DNA of 55,213 bases from a virus (taxonomy: Duplodnaviria; Heunggongvirae; Uroviricota; Caudoviricetes): the IMG/VR virus record IMGVR_UViG_2698536646_000013. One strand, 5' to 3'. Position numbers and translations under genes: made by a program. Below the pieces are notes generated by a model that was given only the letters and a program-made list of their open reading frames with translations, ran no database searches and was not told the origin of the DNA. Below are positions 21,248 to 31,251 of this stretch, one piece after another (position 1 is the first letter of the stretch; the number at the start of each line of letters is the position of its first letter).

Positions 21248-22210
21248 TCAACTAATCGCCTCAGCACTGGCTTTTGCGATCACGGCAGCCGGGGAATTTT
21301 TTTTTCTGGTTATCGTAGGTGCTTCATCTGCTGCGGTAATGCTCAATTGAACCTGGATAATGTCGCTATTACCCCCATCAGGCCATTCACCTGACACCTG
21401 AACCTTCGGGAAACTGAAAGTGTATGCCCCCTCTCCATTCGAAAGCGTGAAGCTGAACGGAACTGTTTCTCCAGTCAGTGTTTTACTCCAGATTTCCCAC
21501 GCGGCTTTAGACCATGAAAGCGTCACCGTACCGGACGGTGTAAAAGTAGTCGGAATATTTGCTCCTGCATAAGGCGAGCCAGTCCCGATACAACGCTGTG
21601 TCTGGAGTTTGTTATCGAACTGAATATCAAAACTGTCGATACAAAAACCGTTACCTCCGGCAACACCATTCAGGCTTACTGCTGAAACCTCCTTAAACGA
21701 ATAACGTAGCTTTCCTGCACTATCCACAGGTTCGCCTTTGATAAAATTCGTATCATCGGCCTTTGATTCCCAGTCCAGTCCGGCAAAGGTTACGGTCGCT
21801 GTAATATCGCCGTCGTTAGGGATCTGCATTTTCCATGAGCCAACCTGCGCTCCTCTGACGACAGAGGCAATTCCGACATCGGACGCATAGGTCGCCAGAG
21901 AAAATGTTATTCGCTCATTCCCCATTGTCAGAGAATCGCCTGACCATTCCGCGCCGAAACAGGATGCAAGAAAATCATCATGTTGACCCCAGCGAAATTT
22001 GGTACCAACATCACCGCCGACATCCACAGTGCCAGGCGTCGCCCCCTGAGCCATCCGGGAGCCACCAATCTCATTATTTTCGCCTTTATTCTGGGTGGGT
22101 TTTACTCCCCAGCTTGTGCGTTTTAATAAACTCCAGTCACCACTTGCTGGCGTAGTGCCTGCAACCGTCTCCCGGATAAATGCCGAGATAACCTTTGCAC
22201 CTGAACTCAC
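21248..22210 (-). CDS. Major tail (tube) protein
   Basis: 320 aa, immediately upstream of G/GT. Not lambda gpV-like in sequence, so the call is by position and size. Confidence 0.75.
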   Translation of the reverse strand: MSSGAKVISAFIRETVAGTTPASGDWSLLKRTSWGVKPTQNKGENNEIGGSRMAQGATPGTVDVGGDVGTKFRWGQHDDFLASCFGAEWSGDSLTMGNERITFSLATYASDVGIASVVRGAQVGSWKMQIPNDGDITATVTFAGLDWESKADDTNFIKGEPVDSAGKLRYSFKEVSAVSLNGVAGGNGFCIDSFDIQFDNKLQTQRCIGTGSPYAGANIPTTFTPSGTVTLSWSKAAWEIWSKTLTGETVPFSFTLSNGEGAYTFSFPKVQVSGEWPDGGNSDIIQVQLSITAADEAPTITRKKNSPAAVIAKASAEAIS

Positions 22211-22236
22211 AGGAGCCTCCTATGTCATTAATTGCG

Positions 22237-22629
22237 CTAGAGCGCGCGATATGGAATTTGAAGATTAAGCTGGAACCAGCCATTCTTTTCGCCAACGGCT
22301 ATTGAGGAAACAGCCTGGTAACTGAGACGATCGTCATCCTGAAACTCAAACAGTTCCCGCAATTTATCGGCTGTCTCAGTAATGAGTTTTGAACCAGAAC
22401 CTGCGGGGACAAATAACTGAATAATGATTATCCCCGTGCGATAAACAACCGGCCCCGCGCCAATTTCATTAACTCCAGCCTGCCCGGGAATATTACTTAA
22501 CCGCGCCCAGATTAACTTACCGGAAGGATCGAACGTTGGCCCGTTCGGATACAATACGTCTTTTCCATCAATAATCGTCTGTGCCGTCATTCTGGAAATA
22601 ACCGTATTTCTGATTTCAGTAAACTTCAT
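22237..22629 (-). CDS. Tail terminator / completion protein (gpU position)
   Basis: 130 aa, position between neck proteins and major tail protein. Confidence 0.65.
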   Translation of the reverse strand: MKFTEIRNTVISRMTAQTIIDGKDVLYPNGPTFDPSGKLIWARLSNIPGQAGVNEIGAGPVVYRTGIIIIQLFVPAGSGSKLITETADKLRELFEFQDDDRLSYQAVSSIAVGEKNGWFQLNLQIPYRAL

Positions 22630-23006
22630 TTGTAAGCCTGTAAAACACCATGAAAAGCGTTGGCATACACGCCAGTTGGCGCTTGTTGTGAATGACCGTT
22701 TTCAAGAGCCTCTGCATAAGGAAGGTTATTCTGGATATAAATAACCCCGTAATTTGCAGCTTTCGAAATAACCCCGATCCCACGCTGAACAGCAATCGTA
22801 CCGTTCGGATCCACGTTATCAGATATACCAAAATCGGGATGCTGTAACGACACCAGGTTGTTATTTCTGAAACGTCCGGTATCAACCGGAGCAGCAATAT
22901 CAATAGCAGTAAGAATCTGCATAGCGATGTAGCGAATCTTCAGCCCTACATCTTCCTCAATCATCCCGGCAAATATTGACGGTTCTATATCCCATGCCTT
23001 TGCCAT
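22626..23006 (-). CDS. Head-tail joining / tail completion protein
   Basis: 126 aa, adjacent to and partly overlapping neighbours as in phage neck modules. Confidence 0.65.
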   Translation of the reverse strand: MAKAWDIEPSIFAGMIEEDVGLKIRYIAMQILTAIDIAAPVDTGRFRNNNLVSLQHPDFGISDNVDPNGTIAVQRGIGVISKAANYGVIYIQNNLPYAEALENGHSQQAPTGVYANAFHGVLQAYK

Positions 23007-23390
23007 TTACGCTCTCCTTAACTGGATAGAGTAAACTGATGCGGAAGGATCTACACTTGCTGTAATTACCTCGTATCGTTGTAACTGCCTTGATACAGGA
23101 TCATAAATCTCAATAATATGGTCGACAGCTGGTTTATCCGTAACCTCGCATACCAGAGCGGTTAATTTAAGGTCACCATGCAAAATATTAATCCCATCAA
23201 TTCTGCCCAGCTTATAACGTGTCAACACGCCTCGCCCGGTATAGATTGCGGTTGATTCGCCGCCAGTTTCCGTCACAGGATCCCAGTGCCGGTGCGTAAC
23301 GTAAGAACCAGAAAAATCACTCACGGCGTCCGCTAAATCCTCATCAAAAGCAGCGGCAACCTCTGACTGAATCTCTTCACGAAGCCCCAT
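23007..23390 (-). CDS. Head closure / head-tail adaptor protein
   Basis: 127 aa, start codon overlaps the upstream gene stop. Confidence 0.65.
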   Translation of the reverse strand: MGLREEIQSEVAAAFDEDLADAVSDFSGSYVTHRHWDPVTETGGESTAIYTGRGVLTRYKLGRIDGINILHGDLKLTALVCEVTDKPAVDHIIEIYDPVSRQLQRYEVITASVDPSASVYSIQLRRA

Positions 23391-23785
23391 TATCCCCCCC
23401 TCACAACCCTGACTTGTGAGCGACTAAGTCCGTACGGTTTCAGCAGTGCTATCGCAAGCTGTAAATCGGGTTCAAGCAATGCAGTGCTGTTTGCTGGCAA
23501 CTCAGAAAATGATTTCGATACACTGACCCCGTCAGCCGACACGGCTTTACTGATAACAACGCCAGAATCATTTTTCTGCTGAAACAACTTACCGAATGAG
23601 GCAATTCTGGCTGCATATGCTCCCGCAAGTTTTACCTCTTCCGGAATACGGGATGGGTTAATTTTCAGGTTGAAGCCATTAAGCCAGGCATTAGCCATTA
23701 AAACAGCTTTATTTTTAGCGTTCTCACTCGTCCAGGCGTTCCCAAACGCATTATCAACGTCATCACAGGTCACGTAAGTGATCAT
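23390..23785 (-). CDS. Head-tail connector protein (gp6-like)
   Basis: 131 aa, MITYVTCDDVDNAFGNAW...DLQLAIALL..., typical connector-family N-terminus. Confidence 0.7.
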   Translation of the reverse strand: MITYVTCDDVDNAFGNAWTSENAKNKAVLMANAWLNGFNLKINPSRIPEEVKLAGAYAARIASFGKLFQQKNDSGVVISKAVSADGVSVSKSFSELPANSTALLEPDLQLAIALLKPYGLSRSQVRVVRGG

Positions 23786-23788
23786 GTG

Positions 23789-23965
23789 TTACTCCTGAGT
23801 TTTCCAGCCCATAGCCTTCCAGTTGTCAACTTCATCAGGATGAACATTAGCGATAGTTGGTGCGCCGGGAAACATCTGATAATCGGTCACCATAACCACT
23901 AACTCAATTTGCGTTTTTTGTGCGGCTTCACGCTGTGCTCTTTGCTCTTTAGTTAATCCGGCCAT
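23789..23965 (-). CDS. Small phage protein, 58 aa
   Basis: MAGLTKEQRAQREAAQKTQIELVVMVTDYQMFPGAPTIANVHPDEVDNWKAMGWKTQE, found by hand translation. Fills the gap between capsid and connector genes. Not in the ORF table (under 60 aa). Confidence 0.4.
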   Translation of the reverse strand: MAGLTKEQRAQREAAQKTQIELVVMVTDYQMFPGAPTIANVHPDEVDNWKAMGWKTQE

Positions 23966-24007
23966 ATGCCCCCCATTAAAAATGGGGCCGAAGCCCCGTT
24001 TGAATGT

Positions 24008-25147
24008 TTAACCAAGAATCAGACAACCATGTGCCGGCTTCACTGATGAAACACCCCATGCCAGTCCAACTTCATAGCGCACCTGGCGATACTGACGATA
24101 CAGTGCAATCTGGAACGTAATCCCTGAAATCGGGTCCGTAACATTCATTACATCATCAGCATTATCGCCACCTTCCGGCATTGCCGGAGTACGGGATGCC
24201 AGCAGAAACGCGTTGCGATCAAACGCCATATTTGCAGTAAAGGCCCCAACAACTGTGATGGCAGTATCATCGGCCAGATCCTGACGCAGTCCGGGCGCTG
24301 CAAGAGTAATCAGATTGCTGGTCGCTGCTGCCACAACATACTGATTCGGATCACCAGCGAACGTAACAATCTGACCTGCAGAAATACTCCCCGAACCAGT
24401 ATCAATGGAAATAAGAACATCGCCTTCTTTTTTCTCTCCATTCACGAGATAACCAGTTGCAGCAACCTTTGGCGCTCGTTTCACACCTGCCGAACTGTGA
24501 ATATTGAATCCCTCCAGACGCCCCAACACGCCCTCACGCAGTAGCTGTTCAGTGCCGGATTCATTCACTTTAAACAATACAGACTGTTTTCCGCGCAAAT
24601 TAGCAATGGCAGTGGAGCCAAGCACCATCTGCAGATCGGTTGTCGGTGCGCCGTTATCCTCCAGAACCTGACGAGCCAGAGCAGCATCAGAAAGATCATC
24701 TTTAACACCAAACGGCGTTGTCCCTGCGGTTCCCACGGCGCGGGAAGCACCGAAATACAACGCACCAAGATCAGCCTCAACCTCGTTTGCAAGGGCGCGA
24801 AAAGCCTGCTTGAACTGATCAGCCAGAATGGTGTTGTAAGTCCCTGAAGGGCCAAGAGCCAGTTGTTCTTCACCATTCCATTTAACCGGTGCCATTTTGG
24901 ATTTAGTAATTTTTACATCAACAGTGCCAATATTTTGATCACCGGTATTCGGAGCTGACGGCCCCGGTACGATATCTTCGGTTTTCGCCTCAGGCGCAAC
25001 TGGCGCGGTTACCGTCTGATCTTTTGCTGCGGCGTCAGCTTTTGCGTTTTTTGCTACCGCAGGGATAAAACCTACCTGCTCACGGGATACAACATCCAGG
25101 GCGGTATAAATAGTCGGGATCAACCCGGTCAGGGTATTTCCAGCCAT
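24008..25147 (-). CDS. Major capsid protein
   Basis: Start placed at MAGNTLTGLIPTIY (ATG 25147, RBS aagga). About 379 aa, downstream of the scaffold gene. Confidence 0.85.
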   Translation of the reverse strand: MAGNTLTGLIPTIYTALDVVSREQVGFIPAVAKNAKADAAAKDQTVTAPVAPEAKTEDIVPGPSAPNTGDQNIGTVDVKITKSKMAPVKWNGEEQLALGPSGTYNTILADQFKQAFRALANEVEADLGALYFGASRAVGTAGTTPFGVKDDLSDAALARQVLEDNGAPTTDLQMVLGSTAIANLRGKQSVLFKVNESGTEQLLREGVLGRLEGFNIHSSAGVKRAPKVAATGYLVNGEKKEGDVLISIDTGSGSISAGQIVTFAGDPNQYVVAAATSNLITLAAPGLRQDLADDTAITVVGAFTANMAFDRNAFLLASRTPAMPEGGDNADDVMNVTDPISGITFQIALYRQYRQVRYEVGLAWGVSSVKPAHGCLILG

Positions 25148-25245
25148 AATTAAATATTCCTTAAAAATTTGCGTAATTGTGAATAGATGGAGTAATGAGC
25201 TATCCAGCCCTGACACCAGCTCCCATCCGGAAGCTGACAAATGTG

Positions 25246-26010
25246 TTAATCAACGATTGTGATACCGTCTTTCAATGCGTTTTGCTTACCTGCAACATCC
25301 AGTGCATCAAAAGCAGAGCGTTTCATCGTTTTCTGACCAATATCATGCTGTGTCGGACGGGAGCCGCCGCCATTGTTGCCACTGGCTTTCAGGATGTAGT
25401 CTTTCTGAGGGTAATTTTCGACAAGGAACTCCAGCGCCTCATCAAACTGCGCCAGTTCGCCAGGCTTCGCGCGGGAATAAATTTTGTTGCCGGAAGCGTC
25501 ATAAGCAACGATCCTCCCTTCTTCCACTTTGAATGCCTGCCCGAAGCGGGCTTGTAATAAATCTGCCGGGATCGCAATTTTATCGGCAATATATTTTGAA
25601 CCCGCAAAACTACCGCCAATCATAGAATCGTAAAGCTGCTTCTCCAGCATCTGAGAGCGTTGCTTTTCTTCATCTAATTGCTGCTGAAAATTTTTCGTAA
25701 TTTCTGCCTTAACCTGGTCAACCTGTCCCGCATCGAGCAGCTTTTTCTGGTCGATTTTTGACAGCATTTCCAGTGCCTCGATCGCCTTCTTCGGGTCTTC
25801 GATAGCGGCAAACTTAGCCAGTTTTTCCTCTGCAGCTTCTTTAGCCAGGCGATGATTTTTTGCCTCGCCATTAAGCTCTGTAATTTTTTTTGTCGCCAGC
25901 GGTGCATCGAAGCCAATTTCTTTACCATCGTCGTGCACATAAACTGGCAGGCCAGCAGTATCAATTTCTGCGTATTGTTTTCCGTTAATCTCGACCGTTT
26001 TCAGTTTCAT
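25246..26010 (-). CDS. Capsid scaffolding protein
   Basis: Start placed at MKLKTVEINGKQ (ATG 26010). Charged coiled-coil-like sequence (EEKQRSQMLEKQLYD). Confidence 0.75.
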   Translation of the reverse strand: MKLKTVEINGKQYAEIDTAGLPVYVHDDGKEIGFDAPLATKKITELNGEAKNHRLAKEAAEEKLAKFAAIEDPKKAIEALEMLSKIDQKKLLDAGQVDQVKAEITKNFQQQLDEEKQRSQMLEKQLYDSMIGGSFAGSKYIADKIAIPADLLQARFGQAFKVEEGRIVAYDASGNKIYSRAKPGELAQFDEALEFLVENYPQKDYILKASGNNGGGSRPTQHDIGQKTMKRSAFDALDVAGKQNALKDGITIVD

Positions 26011-26064
26011 ATTAGTACCTGGTTTAAGTCTTCCGACAGTTACGCTGCTCACCATCCGGATCGC

Positions 26065-26094
26065 AGCAATAAAAAAGGCCACCCGAAGGTAGCC
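26065..26094 (-). terminator. Rho-independent terminator/attenuator between the MuF-like and scaffold genes
   Basis: Minus-strand hairpin ggctacc-ttcg-ggtggcc (UUCG loop, one G-U pair) followed by TTTTTT. Confidence 0.5.
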
Positions 26095-26114
26095 TGTTGT
26101 AATAAATGATTTAT

Positions 26115-27230
26115 TTAAATCCCTGCTTTTCTGAATACCTGTGCATCACGCTCACGGAGCTGCTTCAGCGTCAGCCATTCGCCTTTATCGGTGTAAAATT
26201 CATCTGGCGACATACCACCATCCCGAATCAGCTTTGCTCGGCTTTCCCCCACAATCTGTTTTTGTCTGGTGTAAGGCTGACGCAAAAACCATTCCCTGTA
26301 GGTTGTATCTCCGGCCACCACGCCATCCATGCTGGCCCGCTCAGCCGGGGAAATATCGCGAACATCAATACCCAGTTCCTTCGCTGATTTCAGAATGAAC
26401 GTTTCCGTTGAGCGGCAGCAGAAATGAATTTTTCCCGGCCCCTGCAAATAAGGCACGCTGTGACCTACAGGTTTATTATTCAGCGTATATTTGAGGCGAT
26501 CCCTGATTCGACATTGTGGCGTAGTACGATTATCAAGCGTTGATAACCATTGCTTACCCTTAATCAAATCATTATTCGCGCTGGCAAAACTCTCACGGGC
26601 AGTAGCAGCAAGATGTCCAACCGCTGTTTTTGCAATGCTGGCCGCATTAGCCCGGCTCATCTGCAATGCACCATCCTGAAATCCCTTACTGACATGTCCC
26701 CGAATTTTTCTTGCGATCTGCTCATTGGTATCCCCCAGCAAAAAACCCTGACGCACTGTATTTGTTATGCGTCTGAGCCGATCCGCCTCAAGATCTGAGG
26801 CCCACTCACTGAGCAGTCGTCCCTGGAATGGTCGCGCCATTGCAGCGGCATAAAGTGCATCAGGAGAGATACCAACCAGAGGGTGAACATCAGCAACAAA
26901 ATCAGGTAGCATAGAATCAAACAGACTTAACTGATAACCAGCCTCATAAATTGCCAGCTCGTTCAGCTCTCCGGAGAGACTGGTAAACATGCTGTTAATA
27001 GCAGTGCGGTTAACCTCTCTGACGCTCGCCAGAAGTGACTCCAGGCGCTTAACGGTAAAACTACCTGGATCGAGGCTGTCCAGTGCTATCAGCAGGCGAG
27101 CAGTAAGTTCCGCATCGCTGTCATTCAGTATTTTCACCATTCTGGCAGCCACGCCAGTGCTATAGCGGGATATCCAGACTGCATGAGCAATTGATTCATC
27201 ACGCAGCCGTTCATTCACGGTTTGCATCAT
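26115..27230 (-). CDS. Head morphogenesis protein (Mu F-like / SPP1 gp7 family)
   Basis: 371 aa, downstream of portal, with conserved ...DNRTTPQCRIRD...HFCCRS... region. Confidence 0.8.
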   Translation of the reverse strand: MMQTVNERLRDESIAHAVWISRYSTGVAARMVKILNDSDAELTARLLIALDSLDPGSFTVKRLESLLASVREVNRTAINSMFTSLSGELNELAIYEAGYQLSLFDSMLPDFVADVHPLVGISPDALYAAAMARPFQGRLLSEWASDLEADRLRRITNTVRQGFLLGDTNEQIARKIRGHVSKGFQDGALQMSRANAASIAKTAVGHLAATARESFASANNDLIKGKQWLSTLDNRTTPQCRIRDRLKYTLNNKPVGHSVPYLQGPGKIHFCCRSTETFILKSAKELGIDVRDISPAERASMDGVVAGDTTYREWFLRQPYTRQKQIVGESRAKLIRDGGMSPDEFYTDKGEWLTLKQLRERDAQVFRKAGI

Positions 27231-28617
27231 TGATTTCCATCAGCATTACACTCTGATTTTTTAATTCATCGATCACTTCCTCTGGACGGGAATCCTGATC
27301 GATAAATTTCAACGCCTGCAACACCCGAACCGCATCAATCTGACGTATATCACCGCCCTGACGCAATGACTGAACAGCCAGCGCGGAGGATGAGTCAAAC
27401 ACCTGGGCAGATACATCCAGTTCAGTGCGCACATCCACATTGCCACCGCAACTCTCTCCGATCCATTCCGCCATTATCTGGAGAATATTATCGAGGGCAT
27501 CTTCGAGGGAGTTCGCCATTGTATAAAGCGGCGAGTTTTCCTGCATTCGCTCTTCATTAGTCTGATCAACAGATTTGGTGGATGTATTTTCAGCACGCAG
27601 AAGTTTAGCGCCGGCATGACGCATCTGATTTTCCAGCTTCTCAAGTGATGTTTCGCCAGATTCTATCGCTGCGCCACTATGTTCAACATATTCGAGGCCA
27701 TTTTTTGTTCTGTCCTCAAAAATCGTAGCGGTGGATGCACCAACCGTCAGTTCTTCATTCCTGTCCAGCCCGTAGGCCACCAGCAATGGAACGCGGGCAA
27801 CATGAAGAATATTGTCCTGCTCGCTCTGGCTTTGCCAGTGCTTGATATTCAGCAAGCCAAGATTAAGCAATGGCGGTGTACCACGCATAAATCCTGTTTT
27901 CTTCGTGTACAGTGTTACCAGAGGAATATCATCACGGCTGGTATTCCATGACTCATGAAGCGTCCAGACAGATTCGCCATTAGTGCCTTCGCTACGTCGA
28001 TAAATTTCAACTCGACGGGGCATAATATGGCGGATCTGCTCCACCTTCTTCTGCCCGAAATCATCACCATCAATAATGATGACCTCTTTTATACGCAAAT
28101 CAGTGAGAACAACTTTCCCTTTTTCAACTTTCGATTTCCATCCAATAACCTGGCGTGGATTCAGCATCGTAACGTACGGACGACCACCGGTCGCGTTTTC
28201 ATCGGCTTTTGTCCGAATCTCTTTCATATCCGTTCGTGGATAGTCCACCAGCGCATGTGCCACACCATACTGAAATGCGAGGCTGAAAAATTGCTGCGCC
28301 CACACATCCAGTCGGCTCCCCTCCATGTCGATATTTTCTGCATATTCCCTGATTTTTGCCGGCGTTTCCTCACTCAATACTGTCGGCTCTGCAAATATGC
28401 GCCCAATATTTTGCTTGATGCTTTCTTCATACACAGGAAGTAGCGTAGCCACAGACAGGCGTTTTTTATAAGCGTCTTCATCTTCGTTAGGCCATTTTGG
28501 GAGATAATTTTCCCCCTGCCTGCGCATTTCAAGCGTACCGCCCATCAGTGCGTCGTTAATATCCCACGCCTCCAGCATATCGTTATAGTCGAGGTTGGGT
28601 GTTGATATATCAGCCAT
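27211..28617 (-). CDS. Portal protein
   Basis: 468 aa, immediately downstream of the terminase large subunit. Confidence 0.85.
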   Translation of the reverse strand: MADISTPNLDYNDMLEAWDINDALMGGTLEMRRQGENYLPKWPNEDEDAYKKRLSVATLLPVYEESIKQNIGRIFAEPTVLSEETPAKIREYAENIDMEGSRLDVWAQQFFSLAFQYGVAHALVDYPRTDMKEIRTKADENATGGRPYVTMLNPRQVIGWKSKVEKGKVVLTDLRIKEVIIIDGDDFGQKKVEQIRHIMPRRVEIYRRSEGTNGESVWTLHESWNTSRDDIPLVTLYTKKTGFMRGTPPLLNLGLLNIKHWQSQSEQDNILHVARVPLLVAYGLDRNEELTVGASTATIFEDRTKNGLEYVEHSGAAIESGETSLEKLENQMRHAGAKLLRAENTSTKSVDQTNEERMQENSPLYTMANSLEDALDNILQIMAEWIGESCGGNVDVRTELDVSAQVFDSSSALAVQSLRQGGDIRQIDAVRVLQALKFIDQDSRPEEVIDELKNQSVMLMEINDANRE

Positions 28618-28619
28618 AA

Positions 28620-29930
28620 TTAAATCCGAAGTGATGTGACTCTTCCGGTCGGTTTGACAATAGGGAATTGCTTAACGATGAAATAACCTCCGGCATCATT
28701 CGGGTGATCATTGCCAGATTTTTTATCAGGCTCCCCCTTCTCATCCCAGACCTGTTGCTCCAGAGATTCGGCATATAACGGGCAACGCTTCACATTAACT
28801 TTATAGCGACGCTCACCATTGGCATTGCAGAACATTGCATTCATTGAGTTAACGCGATCTTTTACTGGCGGGTTCGAGCTGTTCACCACAACGTTAAAAC
28901 CAGCCTGCTTAAGCTGGGCTATATCCGTCGTACTTGCGTTACTTGATTTTCTGGAATCCCCGGAAGCATCTGGATAAATATAAATTTCCCTCACTTTCCG
29001 GTAATCATTCCCATCATACAGCCAGAAGCGTTCTTTAATGATGCGGATCATATCCGGCGTATCGTAGGCATTGATGATTTCAGTTACCGCACATGGAAGC
29101 CCCAAACGCAGCACATGGACGATTCCCGCCATCTTTCCAACGTTAAAATCCATCCCAATATAAATCGGCTCCCCTGGCTGCTCCACTTCTTCGCAATTAT
29201 TCAGTTTCCGGTCAAACTGATGGTAAACAGTACCACTTGTCAGGTTAGTAAACTGTCCTCGAAGATAGGCTTTAATCAGCTCTGGAGGGTATGATTCAAG
29301 AAGCGAAGGAATGTAATCTGCTGGCAGGTTCTTTTCATTATCGAAAGTAGATGCCTGCACCAGACCATACAGTGAGGCCAGCTCTGTTTTTTCACGCACG
29401 GCTTTAACAAACTGCTCGTAGACAAATTTGAATCCTTCCGGCGTGGTTGTAACGTCAATACCGTTGCGAAGTCCATCAATCTTATAACGCATACGTGCAA
29501 TTATCTTGCGCCACGCCGTTCTGGCTTTTTCCTTCGGCAAAATGTCCAGTTCATCCACCAACGCATTACCAATTTTGAAACCGACGATCGTTTGTGGCTT
29601 CTCCATCGATCTGCAGATAGTGGTTCCCCGATACTGGCGTCCGTAATAAAAGTGAACCTCTTTATTTCCCTCATTAATTTTTACGTTCAATCCCCAGTCA
29701 GCAGCAACTTCTTCCACTGTAGGGTAAAAAATATCGCGAATTTGGGGATACGTTGGCGCAAAATATCCCTGATTTATACCTGGATGCTCCCAAATCCCCT
29801 TGCATATGCCGCCACACCCAACCCATGTTTTGCCCGAGCCAAAACCAGCAATATAGGCTTTAAATTTATGGGGCATTGAAAGAAATCGCGCCTGAGGCAC
29901 ATTAAGCGTCGGAGAGATCATCTTCATCAC
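28620..29930 (-). CDS. Terminase large subunit
   Basis: 436 aa, Walker A AGFGSGKT and a C-terminal nuclease-like region. Confidence 0.9.
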   Translation of the reverse strand: MMKMISPTLNVPQARFLSMPHKFKAYIAGFGSGKTWVGCGGICKGIWEHPGINQGYFAPTYPQIRDIFYPTVEEVAADWGLNVKINEGNKEVHFYYGRQYRGTTICRSMEKPQTIVGFKIGNALVDELDILPKEKARTAWRKIIARMRYKIDGLRNGIDVTTTPEGFKFVYEQFVKAVREKTELASLYGLVQASTFDNEKNLPADYIPSLLESYPPELIKAYLRGQFTNLTSGTVYHQFDRKLNNCEEVEQPGEPIYIGMDFNVGKMAGIVHVLRLGLPCAVTEIINAYDTPDMIRIIKERFWLYDGNDYRKVREIYIYPDASGDSRKSSNASTTDIAQLKQAGFNVVVNSSNPPVKDRVNSMNAMFCNANGERRYKVNVKRCPLYAESLEQQVWDEKGEPDKKSGNDHPNDAGGYFIVKQFPIVKPTGRVTSLRI

Positions 29931-30996
29931 TCCTTACTCTGGCATCAACCACATTAATATTGATCGCCACAGGCTGGGGATGTTCATTATCTTCCACCGT
30001 TTCGATCTCTTTGCGCAGCTTCTGGTTTTCCATTCTGCGCCGTTCAATTTCCAGTTCCCGTAGCCGCTTATCTGCACATAAAGCCCCGCCAGCAGAAAAC
30101 AAACGCAACAATTCACGCCGGGCGGCAGCCTTATCCTCCAGCAGGATCTCAACGCCGAATTTTCCGAATTTTGCCCCTGCATATAATTGCCGCGCATCCC
30201 CATCAAGCAGAGTGGTATCAGCCATATAAAGCTGTCCCGTTCCCTCACCGCAGCACTTCGGGCAGTCCGGATTGGGTATGGCGTTATCAACAAAGCCGAG
30301 GCCTCCATATTCCGGTTCGGGTTTGCCATCTCTGGAAGCCTGCGCCGCTGCCTTGTCGAATTCTGCTATATCGCGCCACTGGTAGAGATGATTCTCGCCC
30401 CAGCAATAACGGCAGTTAACACGGCGAAATTGTGCAAGCTGATTGGGGTCGGCCAGGACAATAGCCATCAACTGACTCACTAGTAAATCCAGGTCTGCGG
30501 TATAGCGTTTCTGGTACTGATTGCGGAAGTAGCTGATAGCGCGAAAAACCCTGGCATTTCTAAGCATACGACTGGCGTTGCTGTTAGCTGTCGCACCTTG
30601 CCCCTCATAACCGGCTAGTCGGTACGCCTCTGTCGGCTTTTTACCCTGAGCAACAAGCATCGCAAACTTAGCCTGCTGGTCAGAAATGCCGAATTCATCG
30701 GGACAGAACGAAAATTCCTCCGCGTCGCCCTCATTCAGGCCCGCATCGAATACTGGCTTTTTTTCCTGAGATTTTTCGTTCCGCTTTTGTGCAGTCTGCG
30801 CAGATTTTTTCTGCGCACTTTTTTGCGCAGTTTTGCACATTTCTGTCTGCGCATTTTTCGGAGTTTTTTTGATGTAACGACGGGCTGTTGCGTAATTCAG
30901 TCCCCTTGCTTCACACCATGCCACCGGAGATATACCGGAGCGGGTGTATTCAGCAATATACTCCTGCTGCAACGCCCCCCAGTCCGGTCTGCTCAT
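29902..30996 (-). CDS. Putative terminase small subunit
   Basis: 364 aa, N-terminal HTH-like region and lysine-rich linker, directly upstream of the large subunit. Confidence 0.6.
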   Translation of the reverse strand: MSRPDWGALQQEYIAEYTRSGISPVAWCEARGLNYATARRYIKKTPKNAQTEMCKTAQKSAQKKSAQTAQKRNEKSQEKKPVFDAGLNEGDAEEFSFCPDEFGISDQQAKFAMLVAQGKKPTEAYRLAGYEGQGATANSNASRMLRNARVFRAISYFRNQYQKRYTADLDLLVSQLMAIVLADPNQLAQFRRVNCRYCWGENHLYQWRDIAEFDKAAAQASRDGKPEPEYGGLGFVDNAIPNPDCPKCCGEGTGQLYMADTTLLDGDARQLYAGAKFGKFGVEILLEDKAAARRELLRLFSAGGALCADKRLRELEIERRRMENQKLRKEIETVEDNEHPQPVAININVVDARVRSDEDDLSDA

Positions 30997-30999
30997 CAG

Positions 31000-31251
31000 T
31001 TAGTCCTGATTTTTATCCACCCTGAGTAGTTCGCGCAGAGCAAAGGCATCCCCTTTTCTGGCAAGCTTAAACAATGCCGCTCGTAACTCGGCTTCACCTT
31101 TCGCTCTGCCCTTACGGATGGCCGCATAAAAATCTGTCATTGCTTCCCGATTTTCTTTCAGTCGGTTCAGATCAACATCCAGAACGTCAGCGATTTGTTG
31201 TGCAGTCATCCGGCACGCTGCCAGAGACTCGACTTTCGAATACGGAATCAT
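31000..31251 (-). CDS. Small DNA-binding protein (possible packaging accessory)
   Basis: 83-aa ORF, may start internally at MTAQQIADVL (31209). HTH-like sequence. Confidence 0.5.
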   Translation of the reverse strand: MIPYSKVESLAACRMTAQQIADVLDVDLNRLKENREAMTDFYAAIRKGRAKGEAELRAALFKLARKGDAFALRELLRVDKNQD

